This document shows, piece after piece, positions 41,818-51,347 of a stretch of 51,347 nucleotides of DNA. The translations under genes were made by a program, and so were the position numbers. Origin of the DNA: an uncultured Bacteroides sp. (lineage in GTDB: Bacteria; Bacteroidota; Bacteroidia; Bacteroidales; Bacteroidaceae); NCBI GenBank assembly GCA_902472795.1, contig CABROZ010000001.1, positions 1 through 51,347 of the forward strand. The letters are read 5' to 3'. The notes below the pieces were generated by a model, which saw nothing but the letters and a program-made list of their open reading frames with translations, did no database searches and was not told where the DNA came from. Every line of letters starts with the position of its first letter. The first letter of the stretch is position 1.

Positions 41818-44286
41818 ATGGAAAAGTTTGTCGATGTCATATTGCCTTTGCCCTTGAATGCCTGTTTTACGTATGCCCTGCCGCCCGATATGGACGGGGA
41901 GGTGCAGATAGGCTGTCGGGTGGTGGTCTCCTTCGGTAAGAAGAAGTTCTATACCGGCATTGTGCGCAATGTGCACTATCTGAAGCCGCAGGATTATGAG
42001 GTAAAGGACGTGTCGGCTGTGCTCGATACGCAGCCTGTGCTGCTTCCGCTCCAGTTCAAGTTCTGGGAGTGGCTGGCCGATTATTATCTTTGTACGCAGG
42101 GCGATGTCTATAAGGCTGCCTTGCCTTCGGGCCTGAAGCTGGAGAGCGAGACGGTGGTGGAGCTTAATCCGGACTTTGAGGCGACCGAACCTTTGACCGA
42201 ACGCGAACAGAAAGTCTTTGACCTGCTTACTGCCGACCCCGAACAGACCGTGACCCGGTTGGAGAAAGACAGTGGACTGAAGAACATCCTGTCGGTAGTG
42301 AAGTCGTTGCTCGAGAAAGATGTGCTTTTTGTAAAGGAAGAACTGAAGCGCACCTATAAGCCCAAGACCGAGACCCGTGTACGCCTGACCGAAGCAGCCC
42401 GCAACGAACGGCGGCTGCACTTCTTCTTCGACGAACTGCAACGGCGGGCGCCGAAGCAGCTGGACTTGCTGATGAAGTACATCGAACTGTCGGGTTGCCT
42501 GGGTGGCCGGACGGTGAAGGAGGTGCCGAAGGCAGAACTGTTGCAGCGTTCAGGCGCTACGCCTGCCGTCTTCAACGCGCTGGTGGAGAAAGGCGTGTTC
42601 GAGGTATATCATTACGAAGTGGGCCGTCTCGATACTGTTTCCGGCGGAGGAGAGGAGCCGCTGAACGCACTGAACGTGCATCAGCAGCGGGCTTATGACG
42701 AGATTCTGGCTTCGTTCCGGCAGAGGAATGTCTGTCTGCTGCACGGAGTCACCTCCAGCGGCAAGACCGAGATTTATATCCACCTGATCGAACAGGTCAT
42801 CCGGCAGGGCAGGCAGGTGCTCTATCTGCTTCCCGAAATAGCTCTTACCACTCAGATTACCGAACGGCTGAAGCGGGTGTTCGGTTCGCGGCTGGGCATC
42901 TATCACTCCAAGTTCCCCGATGCCGAACGGGTGGAAGTTTGGCAAAAACAGTTGTCCGAGCATCCTTACGACATTATTCTCGGTGTGCGTTCGTCCCTCT
43001 TTCTGCCTTTCCAGCGGTTGGGGCTGGTAATTGTCGATGAGGAACACGAGAATACTTATAAGCAGCAAGATCCGGCTCCCCGTTATCATGCCCGCAACGC
43101 GGCTATTGTATTGGCGTCGATGTACGGAGCAAAGACGTTGCTGGGTACCGCTACGCCCAGTGTGGAGAGTTGGTACAATGCTACCGAGGGCGGTAAATAT
43201 GCGTTGGTTGAACTGAAAGAAAGATACAAGGAACTGCAACTGCCCGAAATCATCCCCGTTGACATCAAGGAGTTGCAGCGGAAGAAGCGCATGAACGGCC
43301 CCTTTTCGCCTTTGCTGCTTCAGTACATGCACGAGGCGCTTGATCGGAAAGAACAGGTGATTCTTTTCCAGAACCGACGGGGCTTTGCGCCTATGATAGA
43401 GTGTCATACGTGCGGTTGGGTACCGAAATGCAAGAACTGCGATGTCAGTCTGACCTATCATAAGGGACTGAACCAGCTGACCTGCCATTATTGCGGATAT
43501 ACGCAGCCTGTTCCGCGTCAGTGTCCGGCCTGCGAAGGAGTCGATTTGCGCAACCGCGGTTTCGGTACCGAGAAGATCGAGGACGACGTGAAGGCTCTTT
43601 TCCCCGAAGCCCGTGTGGCGCGTATGGACCTGGATACGACCCGTACCCGTTCGGCTTACGAACGCATCATCCACGATTTTCAGCAGGGGCGTACAGACAT
43701 TCTTATCGGTACGCAGATGGTTTCCAAGGGACTGGATTTCGATCATGTCAGTGTGGTGGGCATCCTCAATGCCGACACGATGCTCAACTATCCCGACTTC
43801 CGTGCCTACGAGCGTGCCTTTCAGCTGATGGCGCAGGTAGCCGGTCGTGCCGGTCGGAAGAATGGACGGGGCAGGGTGGTACTGCAGACCAAGAGCATCG
43901 ATCATCCCATCATCCCGCAAGTGATGCACAACGATTTCGAGGGAATGGTGGCTGGGCAGTTGGCCGAACGTCAGATGTTCCACTATCCGCCTTATTATCG
44001 CTTGGTGTATGTCTATCTGAAGAACCGCAACGAACAGTTGCTCGACCTGATGGCTCAGACGATGGCTGCCAAACTCCGTGCCGTGTTCGGCGCGCGGGTG
44101 TTGGGACCCGACAAACCTCCCGTGGCCCGCATTCAGACGCTGTTCATCCGTAAGATTGTGGTGAAAATCGAGATGAATGCTTCGATGGCCCGTGCCCGCC
44201 AGTTGCTTGTACAGGTGCAGCGCGAGATGGTGGCCGAGGATCGCTTCAAGTCGCTCATCGTCTATTACGATGTGGATCCGATGTAA
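41818..44286 (+). CDS. priA: Primosomal protein N' (replication restart helicase)
   Basis: HGVTSSGKTE, DEEH, NRRGF, two CxxC-CxxC Zn clusters, QVAGRAGR, terminal DVDPM. Confidence 0.97.
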   Translation: MEKFVDVILPLPLNACFTYALPPDMDGEVQIGCRVVVSFGKKKFYTGIVRNVHYLKPQDYEVKDVSAVLDTQPVLLPLQFKFWEWLADYYLCTQGDVYKAALPSGLKLESETVVELNPDFEATEPLTEREQKVFDLLTADPEQTVTRLEKDSGLKNILSVVKSLLEKDVLFVKEELKRTYKPKTETRVRLTEAARNERRLHFFFDELQRRAPKQLDLLMKYIELSGCLGGRTVKEVPKAELLQRSGATPAVFNALVEKGVFEVYHYEVGRLDTVSGGGEEPLNALNVHQQRAYDEILASFRQRNVCLLHGVTSSGKTEIYIHLIEQVIRQGRQVLYLLPEIALTTQITERLKRVFGSRLGIYHSKFPDAERVEVWQKQLSEHPYDIILGVRSSLFLPFQRLGLVIVDEEHENTYKQQDPAPRYHARNAAIVLASMYGAKTLLGTATPSVESWYNATEGGKYALVELKERYKELQLPEIIPVDIKELQRKKRMNGPFSPLLLQYMHEALDRKEQVILFQNRRGFAPMIECHTCGWVPKCKNCDVSLTYHKGLNQLTCHYCGYTQPVPRQCPACEGVDLRNRGFGTEKIEDDVKALFPEARVARMDLDTTRTRSAYERIIHDFQQGRTDILIGTQMVSKGLDFDHVSVVGILNADTMLNYPDFRAYERAFQLMAQVAGRAGRKNGRGRVVLQTKSIDHPIIPQVMHNDFEGMVAGQLAERQMFHYPPYYRLVYVYLKNRNEQLLDLMAQTMAAKLRAVFGARVLGPDKPPVARIQTLFIRKIVVKIEMNASMARARQLLVQVQREMVAEDRFKSLIVYYDVDPM

Positions 44287-44310
44287 TATTTATTTCCCTT
44301 TTTGATGTAC

Positions 44311-44381
44311 ACTTGTCATCCGTTTGCAGGACACTTGCACGGCTCGCGAGCCGTGCTTGTGTCTCTCGCAAGCGTCACTTG
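44311..44381. repeat. 22-bp-periodic repeat with palindromic core, inverted homologue of 8517-8590
   Basis: (A/G)CTTG anchors at 44311, 44333, 44355, 44377; GCACGGCTCGCGAGCCGTGC perfect palindrome. Confidence 0.78.
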
Positions 44382-44741
44382 TGTGGCTTGTGAAAGCTCC
44401 AAAACAGACTTTCACCTGCTGCAAACGACTTTCGGAAAACATCTTTCACCCTTCACCTTTCACAGGAAGAGGCTGATATACAGCAGAATGTGGTGAAAGG
44501 AAGAAATCGACGGTGGTTCAATGTATAATTTATCCGCGTTTCGACCCGCTTCAGCTGTGCCGTCCGCGTATCTACCTTTCAAAGGAATTTGTTCATAGTC
44601 AATGGATTATGGTGAAGCATCACCCTGAAAACGGTTGGTAAACGCCACAGAATTGCACTTCGTGTAGCTTTGTTTGCTGTTCAGGCAAAGTTTGTTACCT
44701 TTGCACACGAATGGCAAGTGCCGGTGTAAACTATAATTGCA

Positions 44742-45245
44742 ATGGAAACAGACAATAAGAAACAGCAACCGAAATATAAGATTTTGTTCGTCTGCTTAGG
44801 TAATATCTGTCGTTCTTCTTCGGCCGAAGGGGTGATGAAGCATTTGGTGGAAGAAGCAGGGCTGGAAGAACGGTTTGTGATAGACTCAGCGGGTATTTTA
44901 AGTTATCATCAGGGCGAGTTGCCCGACCCTCGTATGCGTGCTCATGCCAGCCGACGCGGTTACGACCTGACGCATCGTTCGCGTCCGGTCCGCACCAGCG
45001 ACTTCTACGACTTCAACTTGATTATCGGTATGGACGACCGCAACATCGAAGACCTGAAGGAACGTGCCCCCTCGGTGGAAACCGAGCGCAAAATACGGCG
45101 CATGACGGACTATTGCACCCGTTTCACGCAGGCCGACTATGTGCCCGACCCTTACTACGGCGGTGCCGAAGGTTTCGAGTATGTGCTCGACCTGTTGGAG
45201 GATGCCTGTGCGGGGCTGCTTCAAGAATTGATAATGGAGAATTGA
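44742..45245 (+). CDS. Low-molecular-weight protein-tyrosine phosphatase
   Basis: VCLGNICRS P-loop, IDSAG, DPYYGG; -7 TACCTTTG at 44696-44703. Confidence 0.95.
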   Translation: METDNKKQQPKYKILFVCLGNICRSSSAEGVMKHLVEEAGLEERFVIDSAGILSYHQGELPDPRMRAHASRRGYDLTHRSRPVRTSDFYDFNLIIGMDDRNIEDLKERAPSVETERKIRRMTDYCTRFTQADYVPDPYYGGAEGFEYVLDLLEDACAGLLQELIMEN

Positions 45246-45361
45246 GAATGGAGAATGGATAATTGATAATTGAGAATGAATAATGGATAATGGGGAAGAG
45301 TCCCCTCCTATTAATAATTTTCAATTATCCATTCTCAATTATCAATTATCCATTATCCATG
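45226..45361. repeat. Inverted heptamer microsatellite AAT(T/G)GA(T/G)
   Basis: About 10 forward units 45226-45295 and 6 reverse-complement units 45320-45361. Confidence 0.9.
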
Positions 45362-46120
45362 GAACACGTCGTGATAATGTCGCTTCTCGTCGTTCAGGCT
45401 GCAGGTGGCGTCTATACCGGCCTGTTGCAGCAGGGCTGCAAGCTGGTTCAGCTGCGTGCGGGGTACGCGGCCGATGTAGAACAGGCGGTAGCGGTATGCA
45501 CTGTCCAGTATTTCCATGACGTGGGTGGCGTTGGGCTCGCGGGCAAAGTCGAAGTTTACTTTCACCAGGTCGTCGTAGGCATAGTGTATCTCGCGTCCGG
45601 CACTGACGATGGTCAGTCGGTCGGCTTCTATTTTCAGGTAACAGAAGCGTGTCTGTAGCAGGTACATGCAGTAGAGGGCCATACCGAAGAAGACGACGGG
45701 CAACAGGATGCCGGCCGGCAAACTGAGAGTCGTCGTGTGGAATCCGAGTCCGAGGCAGATAATAAAGAGAATGAAATACCAGAACATGTAGAGCGACATG
45801 CGCTTATAGACAGCCGGCTGGGGCTTGAAGGATGTCTGTCGGCTGCCGGTCCGGCAGTTGTCGAAGGAAATGCCGCGCGACAGCAGGAAGTGTATCAGGG
45901 CTGTGGGGTGTTGGCGCAGATGCACGATCAGTGCCTTCTCTTTGCCCGACTTCAGTTGCAGGGTCAGTATGCCCGATCCGTATAGATTCTCCTTGCTGTG
46001 TTTGTCCGGTTGCGGGGTATAGCGTTGCATGAAGCGGAAGCTGCTGATGTCTTCCACCCGTATGTTGTTTTTCCGCAGAAAGTTTGTTGCGCGGTTTTCT
46101 TCTTTGGCAGTGGCTTTCAT
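45353..46120 (-). CDS. Hypothetical membrane protein (two central TM helices)
   Basis: 255-aa ATG ORF 27 bp downstream of the HD gene, same strand; hydrophobic pair LYMFWYFILFIICLGLG / GILLPVVFFGMALYCMYLL. Confidence 0.75.
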   Translation of the reverse strand: MKATAKEENRATNFLRKNNIRVEDISSFRFMQRYTPQPDKHSKENLYGSGILTLQLKSGKEKALIVHLRQHPTALIHFLLSRGISFDNCRTGSRQTSFKPQPAVYKRMSLYMFWYFILFIICLGLGFHTTTLSLPAGILLPVVFFGMALYCMYLLQTRFCYLKIEADRLTIVSAGREIHYAYDDLVKVNFDFAREPNATHVMEILDSAYRYRLFYIGRVPRTQLNQLAALLQQAGIDATCSLNDEKRHYHDVFHG

Positions 46121-46147
46121 GGTCAGGGTATTTTAAAGGTTTTACGT

Positions 46148-48208
46148 CTATTTCTTCAGTTCGGGATAGCTGATGCGCGTGTGATACATCGTTTTCAGCT
46201 TCTCCTTGAATACGGCTTTCACGGTGGCGATGTCCTTGAAGGTGATGGGGCATTCCTTGAAGTAACCGTCCTCCACCTGTGAGTCGATGATTTTCTCTAC
46301 CAGGTTGCTGATGCTTTCTTCGGTGTATTCGGGCAGGCTGCGCGAAGCGGCTTCTACCGAGTCGGCCATCATCAGGATGGCTTGTTCCTTGGTGAACGGA
46401 TTAGGTCCCGGATAGGTGAAGAGTTCGTCGTTGGGCTCTTCGTTGGGATGCTCGTTTTTCCAGGAGATGTAGAAGTATTTCGTTTTTCCTCGTCCGTGGT
46501 GGGTCGAGATGAATTCTTTGATGACTTTGGGCAGGTTGTTCTTTTCGGCCAATTTCAGTCCGTCCGTCACGTGGCTGATGACCACCTGGGCACTCTGTTC
46601 GTAGCTGAGGTTCTTGTGCGGATTGATTCCGCCCGACTGGTTTTCGGTGAAGAATACCGGATTCTCCATTTTGCCGATGTCATGGTATAGGGCGCCGGTA
46701 CGTACCAACTGACTTTTGGCACCGATGCGGTTGGCTGCTTCGGCGGCCAGGTTGGCTACCTGCATGGAATGTTGGAAGGTGCCCGGTACGGTTTCGGACA
46801 TGCGGCGCAGCAGGCTGTTGTTGATGTTCGACAGTTCGACTAAGGTGACGTTGGAGGTAAAGCCGAAAGTTTTCTCGAGCAGAAACAGCAGCGGGTAGGT
46901 GAACAGCAGCAGTATGCCGTTGATGACAAAGTAAGTGTACATGCTTCCGTTCAGTTTCGACAGGTCGTTTTCGGTGATCAGTTCGAAGGCGAAGTAAACG
47001 GTGGCATACGTCAGGATGACTAAGAAAGCGGTCTTGAACAGTTGCGAGCGTTGTGACAGTTCGCGCAGGCTGAAGATGGAAACCAGTCCGGCCGACAGTT
47101 GCAGCAGGATGAACTCGTGAGGATAGCGCAGGCAGATCGAACAGATGAGGATGGTTACCACGTGGGTCAGAAAAGCCGTACGCGAATCGAGGAATACCCG
47201 GATGATGACCGGCAGCATGGCATAGGGGATGATATAGACGTTGAACACGTTGTTGGCCACCATGATGGCTGTAATGACGCAGTAGAACATGATGAGCGTG
47301 AAGAGCAGCGACAGGCTGCCTTTCCGCTGATAGTAGTCTTTGCGGAACAAGTCAAGGTAGAGCATGAAGCAAAGCATGAAGATGCTGACGAAGAGAATCT
47401 GTCCCACCAGCATCAGCCGTTTCTGTCCTACCGACTCGCTGCGCTGGATGGACTCTTTGCGGAGGCTTTCCAGTATGTTGTAGGTTTCCTGATCGACTAT
47501 TTCGCCCCGGTCGATGATTTTCTGTCCGCTCAGTACGATGCCGTTTGCCCACGAATAGTTGTTGAGCACTTCTTTCCGGGCTCTTTCGGTGCGTTCCTGG
47601 TCGTAGGTCAGGTTGGGCAGGAGGTATTCGTTGAGCGAGCACTGACGCAGGAGGTCGCGGCGATAGTGCAGCGTATCGGCATTCATCAGGTAGGCATAGG
47701 CACTTTTTACCGAGAACAGTTTGTCGGCATTGCGTTGCTGGGCCAGTTTGTCGTTGATGATCATGATGGCCGTCGTGCTGTCTTGCCTGAGTTGCTCAAG
47801 GTTGTCAGTGGTCAGAATGCCGGCACTGTAAACTTCGGTCAGCTTTTTCTCCAAATGGCGGAGGTAGTCGGACGAAGGAAGTATGTTGCGCAGGTGTTGC
47901 TGGTAGTCATTTTTCAGCTTGTTGATAGCAGCCTGACCGACGCTGTTGTCTATCTGATAATAGGGCTGGAAGTTGGCGAGAATACTGTCCTGCTCGTGTT
48001 TCACTACCTTGTCGTCCTTGTAGATGGGAAAGTCGAAAGTAGCCATCAGCTGACCGTATTTCCAGGGCTTGTCAATGTCAAACTGGTAGTTGAACTTGCC
48101 GTCGCGAGGCAAAAAATAGACGATAAGGGCGACAGTACCGATAAAAATCAGTGCTCTATATAGCAAATTTCTGTAGAGGCGGGTCTTTTTCTCGTTGAAA
48201 TAGCTCAT
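46148..48208 (-). CDS. 7TM-HD (HDIG) membrane phosphohydrolase, PgpH-like
   Basis: Extracellular domain, multi-TM block, PGTFQHS, YHDIGK, THHG, MMADSVEAASRS. Confidence 0.92.
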   Translation of the reverse strand: MSYFNEKKTRLYRNLLYRALIFIGTVALIVYFLPRDGKFNYQFDIDKPWKYGQLMATFDFPIYKDDKVVKHEQDSILANFQPYYQIDNSVGQAAINKLKNDYQQHLRNILPSSDYLRHLEKKLTEVYSAGILTTDNLEQLRQDSTTAIMIINDKLAQQRNADKLFSVKSAYAYLMNADTLHYRRDLLRQCSLNEYLLPNLTYDQERTERARKEVLNNYSWANGIVLSGQKIIDRGEIVDQETYNILESLRKESIQRSESVGQKRLMLVGQILFVSIFMLCFMLYLDLFRKDYYQRKGSLSLLFTLIMFYCVITAIMVANNVFNVYIIPYAMLPVIIRVFLDSRTAFLTHVVTILICSICLRYPHEFILLQLSAGLVSIFSLRELSQRSQLFKTAFLVILTYATVYFAFELITENDLSKLNGSMYTYFVINGILLLFTYPLLFLLEKTFGFTSNVTLVELSNINNSLLRRMSETVPGTFQHSMQVANLAAEAANRIGAKSQLVRTGALYHDIGKMENPVFFTENQSGGINPHKNLSYEQSAQVVISHVTDGLKLAEKNNLPKVIKEFISTHHGRGKTKYFYISWKNEHPNEEPNDELFTYPGPNPFTKEQAILMMADSVEAASRSLPEYTEESISNLVEKIIDSQVEDGYFKECPITFKDIATVKAVFKEKLKTMYHTRISYPELKK

Positions 48209-48305
48209 AATGATTGAATTTTTTGCGAAAAGTACAAAAAAAAACCATAGTGTGAAAAAAAAGGCTTAATTTTGCCATCTAAATTATTTATAAGTAAGGA
48301 AGATT

Positions 48306-49832
48306 ATGACAGAAAGAAGAGTCAGAGTTCGTTTTGCTCCAAGTCCAACGGGTGCATTGCACATCGGTGGCGTTCGTACTGCTTTATATAATTATCTCTT
48401 TGCACGTCAGCATGGAGGTGATCTCATTTTTCGTATTGAAGATACTGACAGCAACCGCTTTGTGCCGGGTGCCGAGGAATACATTTTGGAGTCATTCAAG
48501 TGGCTTGGCATTCCCTTTGACGAAGGCGTAAGCTTCGGTGGAAATTACGGCCCTTACCGTCAGTCGGAACGTCGCGACATTTACAAAAAATACGTAAAAG
48601 TGTTGCTCGATGCCGGAAAGGCGTACATCGCTTTCGATACCCCCGAAGAGTTGGAAGCGAAACGCAAGGAGATTCCTAACTTTCAGTATGATGCTTCGAC
48701 CCGCATGCAGATGCGCAATTCGCTGACAATGCCCAAGGAGGAGGTCGATGCTCTGATAGCCGAAGGCAAACAGTATGTGGTTCGTTTCCGGATCGAACCG
48801 AACGAAGACGTGCATGTGAACGACCTTATCCGGGGAGAAGTGGTCATCAATTCCTCGATCCTCGACGATAAGGTGCTCTACAAGTCGGCCGATGAATTGC
48901 CTACTTATCACTTGGCCAACATCGTGGACGACCATCTGATGGAAGTGTCGCACGTGATTCGCGGTGAAGAGTGGTTGCCCTCGGCTCCCTTGCATGTGTT
49001 GCTTTACCGTGCTTTCGGATGGGAAGATACGATGCCTCAGTTCGCACATCTGCCCCTGTTGCTGAAGCCCGAAGGTAACGGAAAGCTGAGCAAACGCGAC
49101 GGTGATCGTCTGGGATTCCCTGTCTTTCCCTTGGAATGGCACGACCCCAAAACGGGCGAAGTGTCGTCGGGTTATCGCGAATCGGGTTACCTGCCCGAGG
49201 CAGTCATCAACTTTCTTGCTTTGCTGGGATGGAACCCCGGTAACGACCAGGAACTGATGTCGATGGACGAATTGGTGAAGCTCTTCAACCTGAGCCATTG
49301 CAGCAAGTCGGGTGCGAAGTTCGACTATAAAAAAGGTATCTGGTTCAACCACGAATATATTCTGCGCAAGTCCGACGAGGAGATTGCGCAACTGTTTAAA
49401 CCCGTATTGACGGAAAACGGCGTTGATGTAAGCAAATACTCTGATGACTATCTGACGAAAGTCGTATCGTTGGTGAAAGGTCGTGTAAACTTCGTGAAGG
49501 AACTTTGGGCACAGGCAGCCTTCTTCTTTGTAGCTCCTGTGACTTATGCCGAAAAGGACGTGAAGAAACGTTGGTCGGAAGATACTCCCCGCATCATGGG
49601 CGAACTGATGGAGGTGCTGCGCGGCATCGAAGACTTCTCGTCGAAACCGGCTGAAGATATTGTGATCGGTTGGATTACTGACAAGGGATATCACATGGGT
49701 AATGTGATGAATGCATTCCGTCTGGCAGTAGTAGGCGAATGCAAGGGGCCGCATATGTTCGACATTACCGAACTTCTGGGTAAGGAGGAAACCTTGCGTC
49801 GCATACAGCGTGCAGTGGAAGTAATCGCCTGA
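48306..49832 (+). CDS. gltX: Glutamate--tRNA ligase
   Basis: [14 protein letters not shown] (HIGH-like), RIEDTD, KLSKR (KMSKS-like); -7 TAATTTTG at 48267-48274. Confidence 0.97.
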   Translation: MTERRVRVRFAPSPTGALHIGGVRTALYNYLFARQHGGDLIFRIEDTDSNRFVPGAEEYILESFKWLGIPFDEGVSFGGNYGPYRQSERRDIYKKYVKVLLDAGKAYIAFDTPEELEAKRKEIPNFQYDASTRMQMRNSLTMPKEEVDALIAEGKQYVVRFRIEPNEDVHVNDLIRGEVVINSSILDDKVLYKSADELPTYHLANIVDDHLMEVSHVIRGEEWLPSAPLHVLLYRAFGWEDTMPQFAHLPLLLKPEGNGKLSKRDGDRLGFPVFPLEWHDPKTGEVSSGYRESGYLPEAVINFLALLGWNPGNDQELMSMDELVKLFNLSHCSKSGAKFDYKKGIWFNHEYILRKSDEEIAQLFKPVLTENGVDVSKYSDDYLTKVVSLVKGRVNFVKELWAQAAFFFVAPVTYAEKDVKKRWSEDTPRIMGELMEVLRGIEDFSSKPAEDIVIGWITDKGYHMGNVMNAFRLAVVGECKGPHMFDITELLGKEETLRRIQRAVEVIA

Positions 49833-49878
49833 ATAATAATGTTAGTATCAACAAGTTGTCCCACTAATTCCTGACACA

Positions 49879-51105
49879 ATGAGCGTACTTTACAATATGG
49901 CGATAGCCATTTACGATATTCTGGTGCATCTGGATGCTCCGTTCAGTCGCAAGCCCCGGAAGATGATGAAGGGGCATTGGGTCGTGTACGAACTTCTGCG
50001 TCAGCAGTTGGACAAGAAGGTGCGTTATATCTGGTTTCATGCTGCTTCGTTGGGAGAGTTCGAGCAGGGGCGTCCGCTGATCGAGAAGATTCGCGAGTTG
50101 CATCCCGAATACGGAATTCTGCTTACCTTCTTTTCTCCTTCGGGTTATGAGGTACGTAAGAATTACCGCGGAGCGGATGTCGTATGCTATCTGCCTTTCG
50201 ACAAGCCCCGTAATGTGCGCAAGTTCCTGGACTTGGTCAATCCGTGCATGGCATTCTTCATCAAGTATGAGTTTTGGAAGAATTACTTAGACGAATTGCA
50301 CAGACGTTGCATTCCTGTTTATAGTGTTTCTTCCATATTCCGCCGTGGACAGATTTTCTTTAAATGGTATGGCGGAGCTTATCGCAATGTGCTTCGTAAC
50401 TTCGATTACCTGTTTGTTCAGAACGAGCGTTCGAAGCGGTATTTGGCCAAGATAGGAATCAACCGGGTGATGGTGGTGGGCGATACCCGTTTCGACCGTG
50501 TGTTGCAGATACGTCAGGAGGCAAAGGTGTTGCCGCTGGTAGAGGCGTTCAAGAACCACACGATGACTTTCGTAGCAGGCAGTTCGTGGCAGCCGGATGA
50601 GGATTTGTTCATCGAATACTTCAACCAGCATCCGGAAGTCAAGCTGATCATAGCGCCACATGTGATTGACGAGAATCATCTGGTAGAGATTATCGGTAAG
50701 CTGAAGCGCCCGTATGTACGCTATACGCGTGCCGACGAAACGAATGTTCGCAAGGCTGATTGCCTGATAATTGATTGTTTCGGTTTGCTCTCATCAATTT
50801 ATCGTTATGGTGAGATTGCATACATTGGCGGAGGTTTCGGCGTGGGTATTCACAATACTCTTGAGGCGGCAGTTTATGGCATTCCTGTTATTTTCGGACC
50901 GAAGTACCAGAAATTTCAGGAAGCAATTCAGTTGATAGAGGCGAAGGGGGCTTTTTCAATTAAGAATTATGAAGAGTTGAAAGCATTGCTCGATCGTCTG
51001 CTGACCGATGAGGAGTTCCTGAGAGAGACCGGTATGAATGCCGGGCAGTATGTTACAGGAAATGCCGGTGCTACGGATAAAATATTAGGAATGATCAATT
51101 TCTGA
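49879..51105 (+). CDS. waaA: 3-deoxy-D-manno-octulosonic acid (Kdo) transferase
   Basis: IWFHAASLGE, YLPFD, GDTRFD, AYIGGGF...HNTLEAA..G.PVIFGP. Confidence 0.94.
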   Translation: MSVLYNMAIAIYDILVHLDAPFSRKPRKMMKGHWVVYELLRQQLDKKVRYIWFHAASLGEFEQGRPLIEKIRELHPEYGILLTFFSPSGYEVRKNYRGADVVCYLPFDKPRNVRKFLDLVNPCMAFFIKYEFWKNYLDELHRRCIPVYSVSSIFRRGQIFFKWYGGAYRNVLRNFDYLFVQNERSKRYLAKIGINRVMVVGDTRFDRVLQIRQEAKVLPLVEAFKNHTMTFVAGSSWQPDEDLFIEYFNQHPEVKLIIAPHVIDENHLVEIIGKLKRPYVRYTRADETNVRKADCLIIDCFGLLSSIYRYGEIAYIGGGFGVGIHNTLEAAVYGIPVIFGPKYQKFQEAIQLIEAKGAFSIKNYEELKALLDRLLTDEEFLRETGMNAGQYVTGNAGATDKILGMINF

Positions 51106-51129
51106 TTATTCTGCATCATTATAAAACGT

Positions 51130-51179
51130 TTTCAGCCGTCTCTGCGATATGTTTACGGAGACGGCTGAAAGTGTTTTTG
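51130..51179 (+). terminator. Intrinsic terminator after gltX-waaA
   Basis: TTTCAGCCGTCTC...GAGACGGCTGAAA 13-bp stem followed by GTGTTTTT. Confidence 0.8.
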
Positions 51180-51211
51180 TGGGGGGAGCAAAACAATGGT
51201 ATCTGAAACTT

Positions 51212-51347
51212 GAGGGTGTGTCAAATTAGGAAACTGCTTTCCTTTAGGCACGGATTACACGGAATTTCGCGGATGATTATTCTTCTTTCTCAGTGTTTTT
51301 CCGTGTAATCCGTGCCTAAAAATAACAAGATGTCAGTTACTTTTAGT
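51212..51347. repeat. Composite palindromic element: GAGGGTGT-family arm enclosing a perfect 22-bp inverted repeat; truncated by the window end
   Basis: 51212-51237 matches the reverse complement of 41759-41784 at 24/26; TTTAGGCACGGATTACACGGAA (51243-51264) inverted at 51299-51320. Confidence 0.8.

Noticed and set aside
45283..45658. Small plus-strand ORFs starting in the heptamer array
   Set aside because: Low-complexity translations of the repeat, antisense to a better-supported gene

Overview
Chromosomal segment of a Bacteroidales (Bacteroides/Phocaeicola-like) bacterium, judged from SusC/SusD, a hybrid two-component system (HTCS) and many TAnnTTTG -7 promoter boxes. Left arm (0-11.7 kb): M23 peptidase, orphan GH127 lipoprotein, a degenerate methyltransferase-like gene/PduO/DUF2795 block, a plant-type LRR lipoprotein, a RecQ-like helicase with an apparent 2-bp frameshift near its 5' end, and a GNAT. 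Centre (11.8-40.5 kb): a sulfated-glycan utilisation locus with five Ser-type S1 sulfatases that appear to belong to five different subfamilies, two GH2, GH29, GH20, susD, susC and a divergent HTCS. It ends beside a tRNA-Ser(CGA) that has an A19-U56 tertiary pair. Right arm: OM beta-barrel, priA, LMW-PTP, a membrane protein, 7TM-HD phosphohydrolase, gltX, waaA. Intergenic DNA holds three classes of small repeats: 22-bp-periodic arrays, two palindromic MITE/REP-like families (one apparently nested in the other), and an inverted heptamer array. No CRISPR, integrase or transposase was seen. All family calls rest on visible motifs and remembered similarity; no searches were run.
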